This document shows, piece after piece, positions 56,953 through 64,000 of a stretch of DNA of 64,000 nt. Location of the stretch: NCBI GenBank assembly GCA_900316345.1, contig ONCR01000011.1, positions 7,257 to 71,256 of the forward strand. Reading direction: 5' to 3'. The notes under the pieces are model-generated. The model was not told the origin of the DNA. It did not search any database and saw nothing but the letters and a program-made list of their open reading frames with translations. Every line of letters starts with the position of its first letter. The stretch's first letter is position 1. A program made the position numbers and the translations under genes. Source of the DNA: an uncultured Eubacteriales bacterium (lineage in GTDB: Bacteria > Bacillota > Clostridia > Oscillospirales > Acutalibacteraceae).

Positions 56953-58566
56953 CTATACCTTACTTGCCAGCTCTAAATCGTTAAGAAAAGCTTCAATTTC
57001 ATTTTTTCTGAGCTTCATTGAAGCCATATTAACAATTACTCTTGCCGAAATAGGCATAATTTCTTCTACAATTTCAAGCCCGTTTTCCTTAATTGTTGAG
57101 CCCGTTTCAACAATATCAACAATTCCGTCCGCAAGGCCGAGCAAGGGAGCAAGCTCAACGCTGCCCTCAATTTTAATTATTTCAACGTCCATCCCCCTGC
57201 TTTCAAAGAATTCCTTTGCAACAGCGGGATATTTTGACGCAACAACCTTTCTTTTATAGCCCGAGAAGAAATCTTCGCCCTTCTTGCAGGCAAGCGCAAA
57301 GCGGCATTTGCCTATGCCGAGGTCTATTACCTCATAAAACGAGGAACCGTGCTCAACAATTGTATCCTTGCCGACGATGCCTATATCGCATACGCCGTGT
57401 TCAACATAGGTTATAACATCGGGCGCCTTTGAAAGCACCGCTTCGTATTTATCAACGGGAAGGATAAGCCTTCTGCCCTTATTTTCAAGCTCGGAGGTAT
57501 CAAGCCCCATAGTTTTGAAAAGCGCTACGCTGCTTTTTTCAAGCCTGCCCTTTGTTAAGGCTATTCTTATAGGGCGTTCAACGTTAATTGTTTCTCTCAT
57601 CGCTTCGCATACGGCGCTTACTTCAACGCCGAAACCTATAGCGGGGGCGTTTAAACCGAACTGGCCGAGAAGATTATCATAACGTCCGCCGGAAAGAATG
57701 GTAAGCCCCGAACCCTCTGCATAGCCGTGGAAGATAACACCCGTGTAATAATTGGAACGGTTAACAAGCCCCAGGTCAAGCATTATACTTTCCTTAAGCC
57801 CTAAATCGCAAAGGGCGTCATAAACCTTTTTAAGATAGGCAAGAGCAGCGACAGCATCCCTGTCGTCATAAAGGCGTTTAGCTTCGTCAAGCACCTCCGC
57901 GCCGCCGAAAAGCCTCGGTAGTTTTCTTAAGAGCTGAACCTCTCTGCTGTTTTCGAGCTTATCAAGCATATCGCCGAGAGCGGCGTAGTTTTTCCCCTCA
58001 ATAAGATTACATATATCCGCCCTGCCGTTATCGTCAAGAGCAAGCTTATTAAGGATTGTATTAAAGAAAGCCGCGTTGCCGATTTCAAGCTTAAAGGAAT
58101 TGAGCTTACAGCTTTTAAGGCTTTCAATCGCAAGTTTAATTACTTCAATATCCGCTTCAAAAGAGCCGTCGCCGATAAGCTCAACGCCGCTTTGGGCAAT
58201 CTCGTTAGTTCTTCCCTTAAGGTCCTTATTGCGAACAAAAACGCTTTGATTATAATAAAGCCTTACGGGGAAATCCTCTTTGCCGAGCCTTGTCGCAACC
58301 ATTCGCGCAATAGGCATTGTATTATCGGGGCGAAGAACTGTTGTTCTTCCGGCGGAATCGGTAAGCTTGAACATCTCGTCAGCCTGAATTCCCGTATTAT
58401 CGCTTTTAAAAACGTCAATAAATTCAATAGCGGGAGTAATTACCTTGCGGTATCCCCTATCCTTGAACAAATCGGCAAGAGTATGTTCAACAATCCTTCT
58501 GTCGTCGCATTCCTCAAAAAGGAAATCGCGCGAGCCCTCGGGTGTAATTTTAGAATATCTTTTCAT
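56953..58566 (-). CDS. hisZG: Fused HisZ (ATP-PRT regulatory subunit, aaRS-like) and short-form HisG (ATP phosphoribosyltransferase)
   Basis: ORF 56953..58584; I use the ATG at 58566. The first ~330 aa are HisZ-like (ITPEGSRDFLFEE...VITPAIEF...). The last ~210 aa are HisG-short-like (IRIALTKGRLEK...ILSKAPDVITYVEHGVCDIGIVGKD...ELAPLLGLADGIVDIVETGSTIKENGL). There is no stop between them. Confidence 0.85.
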   Translation of the reverse strand: MKRYSKITPEGSRDFLFEECDDRRIVEHTLADLFKDRGYRKVITPAIEFIDVFKSDNTGIQADEMFKLTDSAGRTTVLRPDNTMPIARMVATRLGKEDFPVRLYYNQSVFVRNKDLKGRTNEIAQSGVELIGDGSFEADIEVIKLAIESLKSCKLNSFKLEIGNAAFFNTILNKLALDDNGRADICNLIEGKNYAALGDMLDKLENSREVQLLRKLPRLFGGAEVLDEAKRLYDDRDAVAALAYLKKVYDALCDLGLKESIMLDLGLVNRSNYYTGVIFHGYAEGSGLTILSGGRYDNLLGQFGLNAPAIGFGVEVSAVCEAMRETINVERPIRIALTKGRLEKSSVALFKTMGLDTSELENKGRRLILPVDKYEAVLSKAPDVITYVEHGVCDIGIVGKDTIVEHGSSFYEVIDLGIGKCRFALACKKGEDFFSGYKRKVVASKYPAVAKEFFESRGMDVEIIKIEGSVELAPLLGLADGIVDIVETGSTIKENGLEIVEEIMPISARVIVNMASMKLRKNEIEAFLNDLELASKV

Positions 58567-58643
58567 AAATAAGCCGCCTTTCACTTTAGCGTGCTAATAT
58601 GCTAACATATTAAAGTAATTCTGTCAACTATTTATTATATTAT

Positions 58644-61600
58644 TTAAAAGAATGAAATCTGCTTTGTTTCGGGAAGGTCGCCAAGGGCTCCTGCATTACG
58701 AAGCGCTTCAACAACCGACTTACCTACTCCGGGCTCGCCTGCTAAATCGTCAGACGCGATGAAGCCTTCGGGATTTCGGCGCACCGCGTCGGCAATGGCA
58801 ATAGCCGCTGTTTCGCCGATACCGTCAATTGCAGAAAACGGAAGTCTTATTTTCCCTTCCTCTATTTTATAAATTCTCCAATCGGATTTATAAAGGTCAA
58901 CGGGAAGAAATTCAAATCCCCTTGCAAGCATTTCAATAACAATCTGGTTAACGACGTAGGTGTTTTCCTCCTTTGCGGTAACCTCAATATTGTTTTTCTT
59001 TTTATTGTTGAATTCCTCCATCTTCTTTTTAACTGCCGCCTTGCCCTGAACGGCGGAAACGGCGTCAATCGCTCCTCCGCGAACGGTAAAATAAGCAGAA
59101 TAAAACTGAAGCGGATAATATATTTTGTACCACGCAATACGAAGCGCGGCTATAACGTACGCCGCGGCGTGAGCCTTCGGGAACATATATTTGATTTTGT
59201 AACACGAATCAATATACCACTGCTCAACGCCGATTTTCTTCATAGCCTCTTCAAAAGGCGGAAGCTCTTTAGGCGCTTTACCCTTACGGGTATACTCCAT
59301 AATCTTAAAGCAATCCTTATTTGAAAGCGGAGATTTTTCGCCCGTTTTGGCTTCATAAGCCTCTGCAACGTGGATAAGGTGAGTCATAATATCGTCACGG
59401 CAGCCTATAACTTCTGAAATCGTGCAGGTTTTGCTGTCAATCAAATCCTTTGCGTTGCCGAGCCAAACGTCCGTTCCGTGGGAAAGACCTGAAATCTGAA
59501 GCAAATCGGCAAAGGTTTTAGGCTTTGCGTCAACAAGCATCTGAATAACGAAAGGCGTTCCCATTTCGGGGATGGCAAGCGTTCCCGTAGGGCAGTCAAT
59601 ATCCTCCTCGCTTACTTGTATCGGGTCAGGCGAGGTTATAAGCTCATAAAGCTTCGGGTCTGACAAATCAACGTCCATTACGGGAATACCCGTTGCGTCC
59701 TCAAGGTATTTATAAAGCGTCGGATTATCGTGGCCGAGCTCGTCAAGCTTTAATAGCGTATCGTGAAGCGAGCGCTTGAAATCAAAATGAGTTGTATAGG
59801 TTCCCTTTTTTTCATCATTTGAGGGATACTGAATCGGGGTAAAATCCTCAACCGTGTATTCATCGGGAACAACAACCATACCGCCCGGGTGCTGACCCGT
59901 TGTTCGCTTAATACCCGTACATCCGATTGTAAGGCGGTCAATTTCCGCCTTCGGAGTGATATTAAGAAGCTCGCGCTCTTCAAGATATTTTCTTACAAAG
60001 CCGTAAGCGGTTTTATCGGCAACGGTTGCCATCGTGCCCGCCTTAAATACGTATTCCTTGCCGAACAAATCCTCGGTAAAGCGGTGAATTTTACTTTGAA
60101 CCTCGCCCGAAAAGTTAAGGTCAATATCGGGCTCCTTGTCGCCGTCGAAGCCGAGGAAGGTTTCAAACGGAATTTCGTGGCCGTCGCGCTTCATAGGCTC
60201 GCCGCATTCGGGGCAATTCTTCGGCGGAAGGTCAAAGCCCGAGCCGTATTCGCCGTGAGTGAAGAATTCGCTGTGTTTGCACTTCTTGCAGTAGTAGTGC
60301 GGCGGAAGCGGATTAACCTCGGAAATACCGCCGAGATGAGCTGCAAGGGACGAGCCTACAGAGCCTCTTGAGCCTACAAGATAGCCGTTTCTTTCGCTTT
60401 CGGCAACAAGACGCTTGGCAATAACATAAAGCACGCCGAAGCCGTGGCCGATAATACTGTCTAGCTCGCGCTGAAGCCTTGAAGCTACAAGCTCGGGGCG
60501 GAATATCGTCCTGAATCATATCGGCAATCTTATTCGGATTATCAATAACAAATTCCTTCGCTCTGTCGCCTGCCCAGGCGAAATCCTCAAGCATTTCCTC
60601 CGTTGTTTTAAAATAAAGCGGAGCCTGATTATCGGCATCGGTAAAGCCCATTGACGCCTGAATAATCGCCCTGAATTTACCGTCCTCTTTATCCATAAAG
60701 TGAACGTCTCCGGTTGCAACAACAAGCTTACCGAGCTTGTCCGCAAGAGCAACAAGCTTTCTGTTGATATCGGTTAAATCCTCTTCGCTGTTAATTTTTG
60801 CGTGAATATCGCGCTCCGAGCGAATCATAAACGCGTTGTTGCCGTTCGGCTGAATTTCAATATAATCGTAAAACGAGGCAAGGCGTTCAAGTTCCTCGTC
60901 GCTCTCTCCGCGAAGAATAGCCTGAATAAGCTCGCCTTGCTCGCAGGCAGAGCCTACAAGTATTCCGTCGCGCTTTTTTGCGAGAAGCGATTTCGGGATA
61001 AGCGGCCTCGTTTTAAAGGTTTTTACGTTTGAATGGGAAATGAGCTCATAAAGGTTCTTTCTTCCGTATTTGCGCTCCTCCTTCGGAATTGAAGAATCAA
61101 GCGAGGTATCCTCCTTAACCAGAAGAATAATATGATGGCGGCGCATTTCTTTGTTTTTCATATTCATAAAATCGGGATAAAGGCTATCGTCAACAAGATA
61201 GCCCTCCATGCCGAGAATAAGCTTTATTTTTCCCTTTGCCGCCGCATACGCTTCGGGAAGCGCCTGAACAACGCCGTGGTCGGTTACCGCAATAGCTTTA
61301 TGGCCCCATTTTATTGCTCTTGAAACAAGCTTTTTAGGTGAGGTTATACCGTCCATTTCGGAAAGCGAGGTATGAAGATGAAGCTCCACTCTCTTTTCCG
61401 GAGCGTTATCCCTCTTCTCCTGTTTCATAACGGTTTCAATGCTTTTAGGACGAAGCACAAACTGGTTTGCGTATTGGTCAAACTGATAAGCGCCGTTAAC
61501 TACAACCGTTGTTCCCTCGCCGATTTTATCAATTATCGGCTCAAGGATATTCTTTCTGTCAAACATTCGGCAGGGCAACGACGAGGTGTAATCCGTAATG

Positions 61601-62370
61601 TCAAAGGAAAACGACTTACTGTCGCCTCGCTTTGTATCCTTGCTTTCGCACTTAAAAATATCGCCCCAAACGGTAATAAAGCCGTCGTCGGGTTTAACGG
61701 TATTAATCGGCTTGGGGATTTCCCTGATAGCTCTGCCGAAAACGACCTTCTTCGTATCCTCGTAAAGCGGAGTATTTCCCCACGGCTTATGAACGGCGTT
61801 CTTTTCCTCTTCAATAAGGCGCTGTTTTATTTCGGCCTCTTTTTTCTTATTTTCCTCAACCTTTTTTTCAACCGCCTCGCGGATTGCTTCCTCCGCATCA
61901 AAGGAACTCACTTCTAAAAATGACACGTCATAGTCAAGGTCAAATTCATCAAGAAGGAGCTTTGAAATAAGGCTGTCAATCCCCTTTTCCTCCAGCAGAG
62001 CTTTTCCGCCTTTTTTAAGGCAAACGGTTAAAACGTTATCCTCAAGCTCTGCTTCAACGCCGTCAAAATAACCGTTAATCATCGCGTTTTCGGCTTTAAT
62101 CGGGGAAAGAATTTTTTCAATATCGTTAAGGATAAAAAGGCTTTGGTCATAGCTCATTTCAAGAATACACTTTTTAAGCTCAAGCGCTTCGGTAAGGGCG
62201 GTTTTAACCCTTGCAAGAACATTGTAATCAATAAGCGTATCGCTAAAAAGCCCGAGAGTCACGGCTCTTGAAGCTTTTCTTACCTTAAACTTTTTTATAT
62301 AAGCAGTTCCGATAAACTGTAAATCGTCATTATTTATGTAGTTTGAAAATAATTCGTAAAACTGAGTCAT
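58644..62370 (-). pseudogene. polC: PolC-type DNA polymerase III alpha subunit. The frame is interrupted as given (two ORFs, 60313..62370 and 58644..60434), and there is no DEDD exonuclease insert.
   Basis: The N-terminal ORF has a PolC N-domain, an OB fold (FDITDYTSS) and PHP motifs (ELHLHT, VTDHG, ATGDVHF). The C-terminal ORF has the palm/fingers ([50 protein letters not shown]). Homology switches frame at the C4 run 60495..60498, and removing one C gives one ~1241-aa ORF. The ATG overlaps the ispG stop (TAATG). Confidence 0.8.
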
Positions 62371-63428
62371 TAAAGCTTGTCTACCTCTTTCATCAATTCG
62401 TCAAGCAAATCTTTTTCATCAACTTTTCTTAATATTTCGCCCTTCTTGAATATCAGCCCGCAACCGTCGCCGCCTGCAATTCCGATATCCGCCTCTCTCG
62501 CCTCGCCCGGGCCGTTAACAATACAGCCCATAACTGCAACCTTAATCGGCTTAGTACAGCCGCGAAGCCTTTCTTCAACCTGCTTTGCAAGGCCTACAAG
62601 GTCAATTTTTGTTCTTCCGCAGGTAGGGCAGGAAATCAGATAAGGACAATCGGTTTTAAGCCCGATAGCCTTAAGAATATCAAAAGCGGCATAAACCTCT
62701 TCAACGGGCTCGTCGGTAAGGCTTACCCTGATTGTATCGCCAATTCCCCTTGTTAAAAGCGAGCCTATTCCGACGGCGGATTTAATAATGCCCATACGCT
62801 TTGTTCCGGCTTCGGTAACGCCGAGATGAAGCGGATAATCGCATTTTTCGGCGGCGAGCTCGTAACAGGCAATCATAGTATTTACATTCGAAGATTTTAT
62901 GGAAATTACTATATCGTCAAAATCAAATTTTTCAAGAAGCGATGCATGGTAAAGCGCGCTTTCAACCATAGCCTCGGGGGTCGGAGAACCGTATTTTTCA
63001 AGTATATGCTTTTCAAGCGAGCCTGAATTTACGCCGATTCTTATAGGAAGCCCCTTTAATTTGCATATTTCGGCAACCGCCTTAACTCTGTCCTCGCTGC
63101 CGATATTGCCGGGATTGATTCTGATTTTATCAATTCCCCTTTCAGCCGCGCCGAGAGCGAGCTTATAGTCAAAATGAATATCGGCAACAAGCGGTACGGT
63201 TGTAGCGTTCTTAATAGGCTCAATCAGCGCAAGCGCCTCTTCATTAGGTACGGCGAAGCGGATAACCTGACAGCCTGCTTTTTCAAGCTCAACAGCCTGC
63301 TTAACGCTTCCCTCAATATCGGAAGCGGGAACATTAAGCATACTTTGAACAAGCACGGGCGAATCTCCGCCGATAAAAGTATTTCCGAGTTTTATTTTTT
63401 TTGTTTGTCTTTTATTCATAATCGTCAC
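62370..63428 (-). CDS. ispG: 4-hydroxy-3-methylbut-2-en-1-yl diphosphate synthase (flavodoxin) IspG/GcpE
   Basis: 352 aa: VLVQSM.N....D...V.Q...LE.AGC..IR.AVP...A....I......PLVADIHFDY.LA and the C-terminal cluster CPTCGR...GC.VNGPGE. Confidence 0.96.
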   Translation of the reverse strand: MTIMNKRQTKKIKLGNTFIGGDSPVLVQSMLNVPASDIEGSVKQAVELEKAGCQVIRFAVPNEEALALIEPIKNATTVPLVADIHFDYKLALGAAERGIDKIRINPGNIGSEDRVKAVAEICKLKGLPIRIGVNSGSLEKHILEKYGSPTPEAMVESALYHASLLEKFDFDDIVISIKSSNVNTMIACYELAAEKCDYPLHLGVTEAGTKRMGIIKSAVGIGSLLTRGIGDTIRVSLTDEPVEEVYAAFDILKAIGLKTDCPYLISCPTCGRTKIDLVGLAKQVEERLRGCTKPIKVAVMGCIVNGPGEAREADIGIAGGDGCGLIFKKGEILRKVDEKDLLDELMKEVDKL

Positions 63429-64000
63429 CTGAACAGCTTTGAAATATCCGAGAAGGTTATTATACTCATAAATCCGAGAAGGATTACCAGCCCTGCGCCG
63501 TTAATCGCCCACTCCCATTTGTCGGGAAGCTTACGTTTGAAAATGCCTTCAAAAATAAGAAGGAAAAGTCTCCAGCCGTCAAGCGCGGGAATCGGGAAAA
63601 GATTGAAAATGCCGACGTTAATTGTGAGCAAAGCCATAATGCGAAGCATTGAATAAGCGCTCATTTTAACAGCGTCAGAGATTATACCGACAGCGCCGAC
63701 AGGGCCGCTCATATCGGAAATTCTAAAATGGCCCGTAACCAAATCGTGAACCGAAAGGAACACCATTCTTGCATACGAAACCCAGTCAAGGAAGGTGTTT
63801 TTAATAACGTTGCCAACGGTTTTTTCAACCCCGATAAGCCAAAAATCCATATGAATAATCTGTCTGCCTTCATATTCTTCGGTATCAAAGGTAACGTCAA
63901 GCTTCTTTTCCTCGCCGTTTCTGATAACAATCATTTCGAGCGTATTATCTGAGGAGCGCGAGAAGCCCGTTGAAACGTCCGTTGCGCTGTAAACGCGCAT
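63425..64000 (-). CDS. rseP: RIP metalloprotease RseP/RasP (site-2 protease), 3' part only; the gene continues beyond the window
   Basis: The C-terminal 191 aa are visible: a PDZ-like segment, then the membrane segment with NLFPIPALDGWRLFLL (compare the LPIPxLDGG motif). The frame is open to the window edge, and the gene overlaps the ispG start by 4 nt. Confidence 0.85.
   Translation of the reverse strand: MRVYSATDVSTGFSRSSDNTLEMIVIRNGEEKKLDVTFDTEEYEGRQIIHMDFWLIGVEKTVGNVIKNTFLDWVSYARMVFLSVHDLVTGHFRISDMSGPVGAVGIISDAVKMSAYSMLRIMALLTINVGIFNLFPIPALDGWRLFLLIFEGIFKRKLPDKWEWAINGAGLVILLGFMSIITFSDISKLFR

Noticed and set aside
56162-57259. A 365-aa plus-strand ORF, together with similar long antisense ORFs at 19495..20241, 21541..22248, 15714..16292, 7602..8108, 38833..39372, 30542..31060 and 61372..61917.
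   Set aside because: Each lies entirely inside a minus-strand gene with unmistakable homology (hisD/hisZG, ygiQ, ftsK, the GGDEF gene, ntpE, the PrsA-like gene, a surface protein, polC). Their translations are low-complexity (Arg/Ser/Leu/Phe/Asn-rich), and they have no RBS or family signature. They are shadow ORFs.
58585-58643. A possible T-box or attenuator leader, or a CIRCE-like operator (TTAGCgtGCTAAtatGCTAA), upstream of the his operon.
   Set aside because: The intergenic region is only 59 nt, too short for a T-box. There is no leader peptide with His codons. The TTAGC/GCTAA repeat is short and does not fit TTAGCACTC-N9-GAGTGCTAA. It is most simply a promoter region (TTGACA-17-TAGCAT on the minus strand).
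61150-61185. SLYPDF in the polC PHP junction as a remnant of the exonuclease ExoIII-proximal region (B. subtilis ...RFLYPDLKNHRL...).
   Set aside because: A four- or five-residue match is too short to distinguish a deletion scar from chance. It is noted only as a possible hint about how the insert was lost.
62368-62372. The ispG stop / polC start overlap (TAATG) as something unusual.
   Set aside because: One-nucleotide stop-start overlaps are common translational coupling. Here it serves only as evidence that this polC occupies the canonical, expressed locus.

Overview
This looks like a chromosomal segment of a Gram-positive, Clostridia-type bacterium, probably spore-forming and Oscillospiraceae/Ruminococcaceae-like; that placement is inferred from gene content only. 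It holds about 60 protein genes, all but three on the minus strand, plus one tRNA-Leu. The housekeeping blocks are: a nine-gene V-type ATPase operon, probably Na+-translocating (2.3-10.9 kb); comFC-comEA-ygiQ-ftsK-uppP-tepA (17.4-24.6 kb); CIRCE-controlled groES-groEL; the sporulation/division genes yabP-yabQ-divIC and spoVB-like-mazG-hup-yabO; hemZ-MBL-dtd-relA-recJ; a his operon (hisZ-hisG fusion, hisD, hisB, hisA, hisI, hisE); polC; ispG; and the 3' part of rseP. The envelope and accessory content comprises four large secreted Cys-repeat/beta-helix surface proteins, two tandem PrsA-like foldases, an O-antigen-ligase-like protein, and a FemX-like transferase paired with a racemase. Three observations stand out. 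(1) Two c-di-GMP-I (GEMM-I) riboswitch-like leaders, each with a terminator platform, lie in series: promoter, riboswitch, GGDEF cyclase, riboswitch, 1216-aa surface protein, frameshifted C-terminal domain, 39-aa ORF, terminator. (2) The polC at the canonical ispG-coupled locus lacks the DEDD exonuclease insert, and its reading frame is broken at a C4 run. (3) Two adjacent surface-protein genes share a 726-nt nearly identical 3' module. I saw no CRISPR array, transposase, integrase, prophage or rRNA.
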